64,000 nt of DNA. Source: Octopus vulgaris. Lineage: Eukaryota. The stretch lies in the NCBI GenBank assembly GCA_951406725.2, contig OX597822.1:49538001-49602000 (forward strand). The letters are read 5' to 3'. Both the position numbers and the translations under genes were made by a program. This document shows, piece by piece, positions 42,507-56,982 of the stretch. Position 1 is the first letter of the stretch, and each line of letters begins with the position of its first letter. The notes beneath the pieces were generated by a model. That model made no database searches. It was not told the origin of the DNA and worked only from the letters and a program-made list of their open reading frames with translations.

Positions 42507-43150
42507 TACGAGGTCGTATTAAAAAGTTTCCGGACTAGATATGTAGCATTCCTGCCACTTTTGTAATCCGTACTAGAAGTCGTTTTCCGTAAGCGAGTCG
42601 AAGACCTACGATTTACTCTGAATCAGGACAACGGTGTTAAAAAGGCGACCTTTGAGCTGCATGTTCATCTTGAGGAAGAGATGGAAGTCGGCAGGTGCTA
42701 AATCTGGCGAATAGGGTGGGTACGCAAGCGATACCATGTTGTTTTTGGAAAGAAACTCACGAGGGAGTAGAATTCGGTGGCATGGTTCATTGTCGTCATG
42801 AAAAATCCAATTCTTCACGTTCCACAGATCGCTAAAACGATTCAAAATGTCGCTATAGAACTTTCAATTGACGGTCTGGCTATGGGAGTCGAATTGTTGA
42901 TGCACAATACCGCGTATGTTGAAAAACCTATTAGGGACGTCCTTCTGCTTTTGAAGCGCCTGCGTCACTGGAATCATTGCGTAAACCCCATTGACTTGTT
43001 TCTGCACGCTTGTCGAAGCATGCTCAATATTTCAGTAGTAGATTTCCCAAGTCTAACGAAAAATTTTATGTTAGCTCTTTGTCCCAACTTCCTGTCCATC
43101 ATAAAAATAGCAGACTACACAACAACAAAAATGTCACAACTTGCGAAATA
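42507..43150 (-). mobile_element. Internally deleted mariner transposon
   Basis: N-terminus MDRKLGQRANIKFFVRLGKSTTEILSML (ATG 43099); catalytic region WIFHDDNEPCH...YPPYSPDLAPADFHLF; terminal TA + TACGAGG..AAAAAGTTTCCGGACT at 42505-42536. Confidence 0.85.
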
Positions 43151-43227
43151 AACACATCGATAATTCGTTCGATAATTACGTGCATACATACTTACGTACC
43201 TATATACATACATGTATATATATATAT

Positions 43228-43665
43228 AACGTAAAGTATACTAGCCATCTCAATATGGCTAACCACTAAGAGTGGGTGTTACTGTAGCTTTTAGCCCCAG
43301 GAGATCATCGTCTCCAGCTGGCTTTATGCACACTTTCTGTGCCCTTATGGTATTTGCAAAGGGAGGTCATCCCTCTCTCGTAAACCTAAGCGACACGCAC
43401 GGACTGCAGTTTCGAGGTAATTTTCCTCTTGTCTCTTCTTGCCTCTTCTTGCCTCTGACAAGAGGCAAATTACCTCGAATCTGCAGTCCGTGCATATCGC
43501 TTAGGTTTACGAGAGAGGGATGCCCCCCCCCCTTTGCAAAAACCATAAGAGCACAGAAAGTCTGCCTAAAGCCAGCTGGAGACGATGATCTCCTGGGGCT
43601 AAAAGCTACAGTAACACCCACCCTTAGTGGTTAGCCATATTGAGATGGCTAATATACTTTACGTT
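43228..43665. repeat. Near-perfect foldback (about 205-bp arms, about 23-bp spacer)
   Basis: 43228-43433 is the reverse complement of 43457-43665 with roughly a dozen differences; explains the mirrored ORFs 43272(+)/43621(-). Confidence 0.95.
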
Positions 43666-43709
43666 GTCGAGCGGTTACTGTTTACATCTCGTTCAAAGAT
43701 TTATTATTG

Positions 43710-43805
<96 letters not shown>

Positions 43806-43904
43806 CAATTACTACGAAAGAATAGGTACAATAAGTATGACGTTCAGCTAGCAGGTCCCATGAAGGTACACATTTCAACTGTTAATATTTTCGGTTTTGT
43901 AAAA

Positions 43905-44120
43905 ATGGTGAGCTAGCAGAGTCGTTCATACAACGGCAAAATTACCCTGCGGTAATTGGTCGGTCTTTTCGTTCTGAGGTCAAATTCCTTCGACTTTTTC
44001 TTTCAACTTTTTAGTGTCGAAAAAAAAAAAACAAATAGCAATTGGACGCTGGAGTCGTTGTAACCAGCATATCACCGTCCCAGAAATTGCTGTCCTAGTA
44101 CCAACTTTTGTATACAAAAT
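43905..44120 (+). mobile_element. tRNA-derived SINE family C, diverged
   Basis: ggtgagctagcagagtcgtt...cgttctgaggtcaaattcc..cgacttt, similar to the reverse complement of 53071-53275. Confidence 0.6.
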
Positions 44121-44519
44121 TTTTCTATTTTGGCTTCCAAATGTAAGGTATTATTACATTTTGGACACAGTAGTATGTAAAGTGAGATTTAGCACTTAAT
44201 TTTCACCGGTCAATAAATTTTATAGAAGTTTTCATTATTTTCCGTTTGTCATGCGCTTCAATTACATCTTCTTTGATACACAACAAGACAAGCTTCACCG
44301 ATTTCTTTTACAGTCAATATATTACATAATCCCAATAGGTTTAGAAAATATTACAAATATCTATATACAGTTCTTTATTATCTTTGTAAACGTTTGCTTA
44401 AGATTGAAGAAAGATGATATTACAGGCAGATTCGCAACATTAATTTCTATAATATCAATACAATTATGTCAACACAAGAGTATTGTGTATGTTTCATGTA
44501 TGTCTATTGACGGATGATT

Positions 44520-44646
<127 letters not shown>

Positions 44647-45535
44647 GCCTATTTGTCCCTCTATCTATCTATACACACACACACATATGTATATATAATA
44701 CAGAATGGGACAAGAACGCAAAACATCTGGACAGCTACAGACAATAGGTCAGAGCTGCCGAAATAACTTTGAAAATAAGCTCCGAATTCTTCATCGTAGA
44801 CAAGGTCCACAGCATCAAGAGTGTCTGTAACAGAAATCCAAGACGAGCTGATATGGAGGTATTAATGCAGATAAGCACAATTAGGCTTGCCACATGCATA
44901 CATACATTAGATACATGCATATATAGACATACACAAACATACAAACACACACATATATATATATGTATATGTGTGTGTGTGTTTCTATGTATATATATAT
45001 GCATGTATCTAATGTATGTATGCATGTGTCAAGCCTAATATATATATATATATAGATTTATCAAATGCTACGTACCTCAAACCTTCTGACCATGCGACTT
45101 CAAAATATTTGAAGAAAGTGAGCAAAGGCTAAATCTACATAGACGTTTGAATTCATAAATCTTCCCTCCAAAATTCTGCCATGCGCATTACAAAAATAGG
45201 TTGTCAAAGGGAGTGAAAAATCCAAATAGTAATATAATGATAAGAGTAAATAATTTCTATAAAGGCTTTTAAAAAAACCCCAATTATTTACTGGTAGAAT
45301 TCGGTATGTAAATATAGCCGAAAACCGGCAGGAACTTCTGTAAAGTTCAGTATATATATTGTATATAAGAAAAAGGGACAGGCAAAACAGGTTGCTTGAC
45401 CGCATACCGAAAAAATAGAAATAGCAGTCAAGAATGCTTATTTCTATCAAAGTTGGACTCCGGGCATGACAGACCCTGTAATTCACATATGCAAAACAGA
45501 AGGAATAGATAACGAATACGAAGTCTGGCGGTTAT

Positions 45536-45646
45536 CTGTGAACATCATGTTTCTGGATTATAAACATATTGAATATATATTCCATATATTTTTGAAATAT
45601 ATGTCATATATATTGCATATATATTTCACATCCTTCTTCAGCACAG
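45536..45646 (-). ncRNA. Type I hammerhead ribozyme of the 618-bp monomer
   Basis: Reverse complement of 46185-46295; core intact. Confidence 0.7.
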
Positions 45647-46184
45647 CTTTCCATTGAAAAAGATTTATCATAGATTTATCAAATGCTACGTACCTCAAAC
45701 CTTCTGACCATGCGACATCAAAATATTTGAAGAAAGTGAGCAAAGGCTAAATCTACATAGACGTTTGAATTCATAAATCTTCCCTCCAAAATTCTGCCAT
45801 GCGCATTACAAAAATAGGTTGTCAAAGGGAGTGAAAAATCCAAATAGTAATATAATGATAAGAGTAAATAATTTCTATAAAGGCTTTTAAAAAAGCCTAT
45901 ATTTACATACCGAAGTCTACCAGTAAATAATTGGGGTTTTTTAAAAGCCTTTATAGAAATTATTTACTCTTATCATTATATTACTATTTGGATTTTTCAC
46001 TCCCTTTGACAACCTATTTTTGTAATGCGCATGGCAGAATTTTGGAGGGAAGATTTATGAATTCAAACGTCTATGTAGATTTAGCCTTTGCTCACTTTCT
46101 TCAAATATTTTGATGTCACATGGTCAGAAGGTTTGAGGTACGTAGCATTTGATAAATCTATGATAAATCTTTTTCAATGGAAAG

Positions 46185-46295
46185 CTGTGCTGAAGAAGGA
46201 TGTGAAATATATATGCAATATATATGAAATATATTTCAAAAATATATGGAATATATATTCAATATGTTTATAATCCAGAAACATGATGTTCACAG
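46185..46295 (+). ncRNA. Type I hammerhead ribozyme of the 618-bp monomer
   Basis: CUGUG-CUGAAGA-A GGAU...(AU-rich insert)...AUCC A-GAAA-CAU G AUG-UU-CACAG. Perfect 5-bp stem I, intact core, GUU triplet. Confidence 0.7.
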
Positions 46296-46802
46296 ATAAC
46301 CGCCAGACTTCGTATTCGTTATCTATTCCTTCTGTTTTGCATATGTGAATTACAGGGTCTGTCATGCCCGGAGTCCAACTTTGATAGAAATAAGCATTCT
46401 TGACTGCTATTTCTATTTTTTCGGTATGCGGTCAAGCAACCTGTTTTGCCTGTCCCTTTTTCTTATATACAATATATATACTGAACTTTACAGAAGTTCC
46501 TGCCGGTAATCGGCTATATTTACATACCGAATTCTACCAGTAAATAATTGGGTTTTTTTTAAAAGCCTTTATAGAAATTATTTACTCTTATCATTATATT
46601 ACTATTTGGATTTTTCACTCCCTTTGACAACCTATTTTTGTAATGCGCATGGCAGAATTTTGGAGGGAAGATTTATGAATTCAAACGTCTATGTAGATTT
46701 AGCCTTTGCTCACTTTCTTCAAATATTTTGATGTCGCATGGTCAGAAGGTTTGAGGTACGTAGCATTTGATAAATCTATGATAAATCTTTTTCAATGGAA
46801 AG

Positions 46803-46913
46803 CTGTGCTGAAGAAGGATGTGAAATATATATGCAATATATATGAAATATATTTCAAAAATATATGGAATATATATTCAATATGTTTATAATCCAGGAAC
46901 ATGATGTTCACAG
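46803..46913 (+). ncRNA. Hammerhead of the 618-bp monomer, core-mutated copy
   Basis: Same as 46185-46295 but GAAA is GGAA (46896-46899). Confidence 0.6.
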
Positions 46914-47212
46914 ATAACCGCCAGACTTCGTATTCGTTATCTATTCCTTCTGTTTTGCATATGTGAATTACAGGGTCTGTCATGCCCGGAGTCCAACTTT
47001 GATAGAAATAAGCATTCTTGACTGCTATTTCTATTTTTTCGGTATGCGGTCAAGCAACCTGTTTTGCCTGTCCCTTTTTCTTATATACAATATATATACT
47101 GAACTTTACAGAAGTTCCTGCCGGTTTTCGGCTATATTTACATACCGAATTCTACCAGTAAATAATTGGGGTTTTTTTAAAAGCCTTTATAGAAATTATT
47201 TACTCTTATCAT

Positions 47213-47285
<73 letters not shown>

Positions 47286-48558
47286 ATGTATGTTTGTGTA
47301 TATTTATCTATCTATCTATCTAATCAAATTGTAGCTAAGTCTGATTTTCACTTTTTATCATTTGCAATTCTTAGTACTTTCAAGCATTACGCAATCATCA
47401 GCTTTCCACCACAATTGACAACTGTGATGAAATGGTTAGGTTTATCCTTTAAATACTCCCCCAATGGGCTCCAGCAGGCTGAATCTCACGAACTGTATTT
47501 TGACCAATCAGTACATGGATTGGACGTCACGGTTTGTTGAGCGCGCCAACTAAGTTCTAATTGCATTTCAACCAATCAGTATGCGGCTTAGACTTCAATC
47601 TTTGGTGGGCACATCAAGGATTCTTTACTTTGACCGCACCTAAAAAAATTATTGTTTTGCTATATTTTCGAACGTAATAAGCAACATTCCTGTTTTCATT
47701 GAATTCTATTGTTACTATTTCAGGTGGTGTATGAGATGTGAATAGTTTAGAGGCTACATTTGAGAATAAATTCAGATGAGCCCGGTCGCGGTGCATGAAA
47801 TCAACTGTGCCGCTAGGAGAGAAAGAAAGTGTGCGAATATATGTATATACATGATGGACGATGATCGAGCATTCAGCTTTTGCCGAGCAGCCTGCGCAAA
47901 TGATTTGTTTATAGTGATCGAGTGTTCGTGCCGCACACTAGCTCACTATCTTCATCAAATCAACGTTGTCGGAACACGTGCACGGTATAGCACGCGTCAG
48001 GTGTTGAAGTGATCGCAGAGCAGCATGAAATGATGTGGTTTGCTCAAGGACACAACGTTCCACCAGGTCTAGGAATTGAAATGACGATCTCGCAATCGTG
48101 AGCGCAACATGTTTGTCATGATGGAATTTCCATATCACATGACTTCATTCAATTGGAAATCACAAGTGGCATCCTACCACCGCATGCCAGACAAATCTCG
48201 TAGATATGATATATATATAATATCAGAATATTTTCAGACACTGGTGTGGCAAAAAGTACGCGACAGAAGCGGAATTAAAACGAAAATTTCATCTTTATAT
48301 GCAACTTAACATGGAGGTGTTGTTACAACAATGAAAACCACGTTATTAACCTTGAGAGATCCTCTAATACAGGCGATTGGTGCATAAAAACATACATGTA
48401 GATCGTGGTAAACGAGAATCGTCAATCATGGGTGCCGAAATTTCCATATTGGCGATTCTACTAAAAATAACCAGTGGGAAGCTTTCGGACACTGCATGCC
48501 AGTCAAATCTTGCTGCTACGATATATAGAATATCAGTATCTTTACTGAAAATCATAGC

Positions 48559-49234
<676 letters not shown>

Positions 49235-49984
49235 TAATCCCTTTCACCTGTAGGCATAGTGATGCACAAAAAAAAAACAACAAAAAAGAACCCCGTCAAA
49301 ATACAAAATATAGAAATATAGAAACGGAAAAAAATCTGGTCAGGTTGACTATGAATTACAGCGCTGCATTTAATTCGTTAGATATTTTCTTTACACACAC
49401 ACACACACACACACAACACACATACACACACACAAAAACACACACATTCATACACACCCATACATACATATAGATACATTCATACATATTCATACATACA
49501 TGCATACGTACCTAATATATATATGTATATATATCTGTGTGTGTGTGTGTGTGTGTGGAGCAAATTACTGCTTGAAATAAAAGTAGAATTCACAAAGATT
49601 TAAATTGAAGCAGGTGCATTTAAAGATTTAAAACTCGAACCTGCCACCTTGTTTCTTCAGTGAGTAGCATCCACATACGTCATATAAACGATAATAATCG
49701 ATGTTACCGCAATCGGTGAAATGTCAATATCTGCAGGAAGTAGAGATAATTCATTTAACAATAGTGACATTTAATTTTTCATAGCCAAAATGTTGAAAGG
49801 CAAAATCTGACATGTCAGGGTTTCAATTCAAATATAAGCAGACAGCTGTTTAACTTTGACATATGCCGTATTTCTGCAAATTTTCTCAGAAGTCATTAAG
49901 GGTCATATTATATAAAAAGATATTTTTGAATGTTTGCAGATATGTACACATAGTACATACATGGATAACTACTTACATACAGAA

Positions 49985-50053
<69 letters not shown>

Positions 50054-50079
50054 TTGAAATGTACACACAAAACACATAT

Positions 50080-52408
50080 ATTTGCAGATATCATCAGAAA
50101 ATGGTGATTAAAATTCATTAAAACGACAGATCTATCGGACTTTCAAAGAGGTCAAATTGTTGGTGCTCGTTTGGCAGGCACTAGCGTAACGAAAACAAAC
50201 AAAATGTTTGGTGTCAAGAAGCACTGTCTCGAAACTTCGGAAGAAAACCAAAACATGATAGGGACCATCGGACTCTTACGCGATTTGTTAGAAAGGATCA
50301 CAGAAGTAAAGCTCCCAAAATTACTGCAGAGCTTAATGACCACCTCGAGAACCCAGTTTCTACAAAAACTGTTCGCCGGGAATGGCACAAAGCCGGATTT
50401 CACGGGAGGACTGCAATCAGAAAACCATTACTTTCAAAAACAAACGTTGAAAGGTGTTTAGAGTGGAGTAAAAACTTACAGAATTCGTCCCTAGAGCAGT
50501 GATAGATTGTTTTCTCAGACGAGTCATCCTTTACCTTATTTCCGACCACCGGCCGAGTATACGTGTGAAAATAACCAAAGGAAGCATTTGATCCACACTG
50601 CCTTCTTCCAACTGCCGAAGAGATCATGCTTGACCAACTTACTAGTAATGGAAGAATTGGTGACGCGCATCCTCGATGATAGTGATGCTGTTGACATCGT
50701 TTTATTGGACTTTGCCAAAGTTTTTGACTCGGTAAACCACCGCCTATTACTAGTCAAGCTTCAAGCATATAGTTTCCATCCGGATATTATACGATGGGTT
50801 GGTGCCTTCCTCTCAGATCGCTCCTTCCAAGTCCAAGTTAATGGTTCGCGGTCCGACGTCTCCAGTGCGAGCAGTGGCGTGCCTCAAGGTTCAGTGCTTG
50901 GGCCCTTGTTGTTCTTAGTCTTCATAAATGACTTGCCCGACGACCTCACGCAACACACCCTTCTATTTGCCGACGATATCAAACTGGTCGCTCCTCGCGG
51001 TAATATAGAGGATCTCCGTCGATGCCTCCACCAAATTTGGAAGTGGTCTAACGATTGGGACCTGTGTCTGAACGTGTCAAAGTGCTGTCATCTGCCTGTC
51101 GGCTCTACTCCTGCAACTCAACTTGATTTCGAGCCGGGTCGTCTGCTGCTGGAGAGGACCGATCAGGTAGAGGACCTGGGTATCTTGGTGGATTCCTCCT
51201 TTTCGCCTTCGGCCCAGTGCGTCCATGCTGCAAACAAAGCACGCGGAATTCTGTTCTTGATTCGACGGTCATTCGGAATGCTCACAGCAGCCAAATTCCT
51301 ACCACTCTATGTCACGCTGGTGAGACCCATATTGGAGTACGAGATTCAAGCCTCTTCTCCTTATCTCCTCAAAGACATACAGTATCTCGAAAGAGTCCAG
51401 AAGCTGGCTACCCGCATGGTTCATGGTCTCAAAAATGTGTCCTACGAAGAAAGGCTGAGGACGCTCGACCTTTATTCTCTTGAAAAACGCCGCCGCCGTG
51501 GTGATCTCATTCTCGCCCACAACATCATAAGCGGAAAGTGTAACCTCTCGAAAGAGCTGTTCTTCACTCCTGCTCCAGAGCGTCGGCTGCGGGGTCATTC
51601 CGAAAAGCTCTACCTGCGACGATTTCATCTCAATCGAAGGAGAGGAGCTTTCTCCGTCCGGGTTGCGGATCCGTGGAACAAGCTGCCAGACGAGATGGTG
51701 AAGATGCCGACGACCGCTTTGTTCAAAGCCTCCCTGGACCTCAAGTGGCCTGAACTCTTTACATGGACACCACCCTGTACTTAACTCCATGTCCCCCTAC
51801 ATGGCATTGCTATTTGCTTTTGAGCCAAATTAACTAACTAACTAACTAACTAACTAATTAACTGTTAAACATAGAGGAGGATCTTTGATGATCTGGTGTT
51901 GGAGGTAGCTATATCTTGGAAACCCGCCGGTCCAGTGGTTTCCTTTCATGGCAGAAATAATAGTCACCATTATTTACGCATTTTATCTGATCAAATTCAT
52001 TCTGTGGTTGCAGAACTGTTTCCGAAGAGAAAAACGCAATCTTTCAGGATGATAATGCATCAATTCACACTGCTAAAGTTGTTACTGAATGGCACGAGGA
52101 ACATTCTAGTGAAGTTAAACATCTTATCTGGTCCCCACACTCCCCACATCCCAATATTAATGAACATTTATGGTGAATTTTAGAAAAACAAGTAAGGAAT
52201 TGATATCCTTCACCATCATCACTACAAGAACTGCAAACTGTTTTAGCTGAATGGACAAAAAGAATGGACAAAAATTCCTTTGGAAACAATTCAAACTTTG
52301 TACGAGTCCATACCTCAATTAACGGTGTAATTAATGCCAAAGGCGGTCCTACCCTATCTTAAGATAAATCTGTTTGAAAATTTGTGCTTCCATTATTTTG
52401 TCCGACCC

Positions 52409-52411
<3 letters not shown>
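50080..52411 (+). mobile_element. Decayed Tc1-family transposon split by a LINE insertion
   Basis: TDLSDFQRGQIVGARLAGTSVTKT; FSDESSFTLF; ...CLLP|TVKHRGGSLMIW; FQDDNASIHTAK; WSPHSPHPNINEHLW; NAKGGPT; 3' TIR ttccattattttgtccgacccctg ending at 52411. Confidence 0.9.
50615..51859 (+). mobile_element. 5'-truncated young CR1-clade LINE (open RT frame to 51784) with (TAAC)n tail
   Basis: RSCLTNLL; LDFAKVFDSVNH; GVPQGSVLGPLLFLVFINDL; FADDIKL; RRRRGDLI; RGHSEKL; FSVRVADPWNKLP. Tail (TAAC)n 51831-51857; AACTG duplicated at 50610-50614 and 51860-51864. Confidence 0.92.
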
Positions 52412-52460
<49 letters not shown>

Positions 52461-52558
52461 TATATTAAGTATATGATTTAATTTCAACAAATTCAGTCAT
52501 ATTTTTCATAAATGGAGGAGATAAGATGTTACTCTGGAATAAAATATTTATTCAATTC

Positions 52559-52636
52559 GCTAGACGATCGTTTCGTACAGAATGACAATAAATTCATTTT
52601 AGGAATCTGTGTTGTCAAAGAGTATTCATCTGTAGC
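52559..52636 (-). ncRNA. Type I hammerhead with extended stem II, one core substitution
   Basis: Minus: GCUA-CAGAUGA-AUAC...GUAC-GAAA-CGAUCG-UC-UAGC. Palindromic stem III ACGAUCGU, GUC triplet, U4 changed to A. Confidence 0.6.
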
Positions 52637-52761
52637 ACAATAAGAAAAATTAAGAACTTAATATATATATATATATATGCATACATATGTATATACACAC
52701 ACTCTCACACACGCACGCACACACACACACGTATATATATATATATATGTCTGTATTTATG

Positions 52762-52802
<41 letters not shown>

Positions 52803-53070
52803 GTATACATATGTAAGCATATACTTAATATGTTTAGAGAAAGGGTGCTTTATGATCAAATAATTATATTACTGCATATATGAATTTATGTAAAAGTGTT
52901 CCGCTACTACTATATAAACTACTTACAATCAAATTCAAATACGCAATGCTATCAGATAAAATAGGGGCATATACTATATACCTATAACATGGAGAGTTTG
53001 AAAAAATGACAATCATAAACTAAATAGTTTTTTTGCTAGAATATGTAGGAAGGTAGTAAACAATATATAT

Positions 53071-53275
53071 TGTTTTCTACTCTAGACACAAGGCCCAACA
53101 TTTCTGTGGAGGTGGGGCCAGTCGATAAGATCAACCCCAGTATTTAATTTATTGACCCCGAAAGAATGAAAGGCAAAGTCGTCCTCAGAGGAATTGAACT
53201 CAGAACGTAAAGACGGACGAAATACCGCTAAGCATCTCGCCCGGCGTGTTAACGTTCCTGCCAGCTCGCCACCTT
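53071..53275 (-). mobile_element. tRNA-derived SINE family C with TSD
   Basis: Minus: aaggtggcgagctggcagg..gttctgagttcaattcc (B box)...gggccttgtgtctagagtagaaaa; tagtaaacaa repeated on both sides. Confidence 0.85.
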
Positions 53276-53730
53276 AGTAAACAAAATATTAACAGGGTAT
53301 ATATATACACACACTCACACACACACATATATATATATACGTCCGTGTGTGTGTGTGTAAAGAGCAATATTTTACTATCGAGACGTATTTGAAATATGTA
53401 TAATGAAAATGAAATAAAAATTCACTCGTGTGAATATTTTCTTTGTGGCAAAAAGAAATCAGCGGCGTAGAAGAAAAGAAAAAAATCCATTTAAGAAGAA
53501 ACGTTTCAAAAATGCCTCAGAAATTATACGAATTTATTACAAGGAAATGTTATTGATATATTAATAAAAGTAGAATTTCATACAAAAAGACATTTGTTGA
53601 TGTATTTATGTAGATGTGTATGTATGTATGTATGTATATATGTATGTACGTATGTGTGTATGTATGCGTGTACTTACGTTTAGTTACGTGTTTATGTATA
53701 TACATATATATATATATATGACTATGTCTT

Positions 53731-53766
<36 letters not shown>

Positions 53767-53906
53767 TGTATGTAAATACACATATAACGAGGAAAAAGAT
53801 AATAACGTCTATACAGACACTGGAATAGTTATGTATATTTGTGCAAGAAAAATATTTATTTTCTAGACATGACAAAGAATAAAGCACTAGTTCGTTCACA
53901 CACACA

Positions 53907-53967
<61 letters not shown>

Positions 53968-54179
53968 AGAAACAAACACACACAAGCACAAACAAACACA
54001 CAAATACACACACATACACACACAAACAAACAAATACACCCGCAGCCATACATACTGAAGTATACATACGTGAAAAAGAAAATCAAGGAGATAAAGATTT
54101 TGAGAAAAAGTTAAGAATGTTGAACTGCTGGACAGAAAGGGAAAGTAAAATCAAAATGGGCGAAAACGGTGAAAAATAG

Positions 54180-54232
<53 letters not shown>

Positions 54233-55682
54233 GCGAGGGTGAAGCAGAGACAGATTGCGAAAATGAGAGAGAGACAAATTTTCTACATCTATCTTGGTAG
54301 ACAAAACTTATGAAATATTTTATATTTTAAATTGCAATGTATATAAAGATAAAAATCTAATTAAATATATTCCATTTAATGTAAACTAAATAACTATATA
54401 CATCGACACACCAAATCAACACGCTACAGATACACATACACACACAAAGACACACACACACACACACACAAAAAAAAACCACTCACACACATATGTATAC
54501 ACATATATTCATATATACTTCCCCATACACATGTTTTCATACATACTATACATATGTACTGGACGAGATTTTAGTCCGCAAAGATCTTACGTGTACCTGT
54601 TCCAACTCGTTGCGTCTTTGTTCAAGTCCTGCGGAATTGAAAAAAACGTTTAATCCTTTCCAAGTGAAGTAAAAAGGAGGTAACCAGACAGCTTGATCGG
54701 CAGCACTGATGCTGTTCAGTGTTCATTCCCGCTGTTTGCCTTTAGATTTCAAACACCATCATGCTTTACTTGGGTGTAAGATTTAATGTGGCTCTCGGTT
54801 TAGCGCCAACACCTGGTAATTTATGTACCTTTCGTGGCGTTCACTTTGTTGAAGGCGTTCCCTTTAAGCTTCCAACTAAAGACGACCTTTCTTGTTGACT
54901 CTCACCAATCTCGGAGGACCCGTATATATGTAAATATATCTGTTTATATATATATATATATATGTATGTGCGTGTGCTTCTCCATTTACCAAAAGCATTC
55001 GCACAGCTTTGGTGAGCTTGGAACTATAACAGAGGATACTTTCCCAAAGTTCCACGAAGTGAAGCTGAACGCGAAACCATGTAGTAGCAAAGCAAACTCT
55101 ACATACTGCCTTCAATCACTGGGCCTACATATATAAATGTGTATGTGTGTGTGTGTGTGTGTTTTACTTCTGAGGAAAGATATCATTGTGCAGGTGGTTC
55201 CCTCTATTTTCAGTCGATCATACATCCATCAATCAATGGGCCTACATGTATAAATGTGTGTGTGTGTGTTTTACCTCTGAAGAAAGATATCATTGTGCAG
55301 GTGGTTTCCTATATTTTCAGTCGATCAATTGATGGAATAGAACCATGAAGACATTGAGATGAATATCTGAAACAGCCGTAAGGGTCTAATAGATATAGAA
55401 ATGTATATAATCTATTATTTCTGCATATGTTATGCATTACTCTATAAAGATATGACACTCTAAAAGCAACCATGGATTTACAAAGTTGCTTGGTGATGGT
55501 GTTCAAATTATGTTTTCAGATTACATAGAATGCAATACCGATCAAAAGACTTCTTAGTTACCCTGGTGTATTTCTATCTGCAGAAAGGTTAATAAGTATT
55601 TCGACGGATTACCATCCTTATCAATCTCTCTTTACATGGCGAGATGAAGGGGCCTACTACCTCTAAATTAAAATATATATAC

Positions 55683-55759
<77 letters not shown>

Positions 55760-55797
55760 CATTAAAATATATATACATATATATAATATATATATAC

Positions 55798-55980
<183 letters not shown>

Positions 55981-56005
55981 TATATATATGTATATATATA
56001 TTTTA

Positions 56006-56154
<149 letters not shown>

Positions 56155-56982
56155 CATATATATATATACAATTCATAAGAGCAAAAGAAAACATTTTTAA
56201 TGCCAAAGTATGCCGAAAATAGACATAACGTCAATAACCATGTAATTTATCACTACAAGCACGAGTTGATTAGAAATTCTTTTAGGTAACTGAGAACTAC
56301 CTATATAAAAAAAGACATCGGTATACATCATACGTCTTCGTGCATATCTTGTGAAGTCACAACTTGTTAGAAAGAATCAGAATAAAAATAAGAGATGGCG
56401 GTTGGAAGAAAAATAAGTAGAAGACTGGAGGGAAGAGAAAGAGAGGGAAAGAGAGAAATAAGGATAGAAATTATAGAAAAACAGAGAGAGAGAGAGAGAG
56501 GATATAACAGCGTTCAGCTAAATATTTTACGATAAGACAAAATGAAGATGAAGGGAAAAGTAACAAGTAGTAAGGGGAAGATACACGAAAACTATTCGAA
56601 GCAACCACAGTGCCAGAAATAACCCCCAAAAATTGTAATTGTAAAGATCAATGTTGCTGTCCGTTAGGAAGAATTTGTCTAGAGAAGAGCAGTGCTTATA
56701 GAGCTAAAGTACGAATTGATGGCTCGCAAAAAAACAAGACCTATCTGTTTAAATGTACACTGTATATATAATGAATAATATATAGTCTATTGACTAGTTT
56801 TTTTCTACACGCTGGGTCATGGTGGTAAACATTTCAAAATAATATTTTACTACCTTGAAATTTATATTTATATATATATATATATATATATAGTTAATCC
56901 AAACAAGAAAGCACTGAAAAACACAAAAACGCGAGGACGTGGAACAATTATTGGACGCTCAGGAAAGAAGGAAAGAAGGAGG

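Larger units (their letters stand above)
45051..47216. repeat. 618-bp tandem repeat array with central inversion (about 1.4 units minus, 2.1 units plus), one hammerhead per complete unit; retrozyme/PLE-pLTR-like
   Basis: Period 618 (45053/45671; 46088/46706; 46185/46803); orientation switch near 45896; (TA)n on both flanks; units almost identical. Confidence 0.9.

Noticed and set aside
43280-43375. HDV-like or twister ribozyme in the foldback arm
   Set aside because: A P3/L3-like hairpin (gag atcatcgt ctc) exists, but I could not build a consistent P1/P2 pseudoknot.
45051-47216. CRISPR-like or prokaryotic system
   Set aside because: No short repeat/unique spacer pattern, no operons; the sequence is eukaryotic.
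45100-47334. Repeated 60-128 aa ORFs in the 618-bp array
   Set aside because: They recur only because the DNA is repeated; AT-biased composition with no recognisable motif.
50507-50614. N-terminal part of the 425-aa ORF as a Tc1-RT fusion protein
   Set aside because: Out-of-frame Tc1 sequence that is open by chance upstream of a 5'-truncated LINE; no ATG start.
51299-51790. 163-aa minus-strand ORF
   Set aside because: Antisense shadow of the CR1 RT frame.
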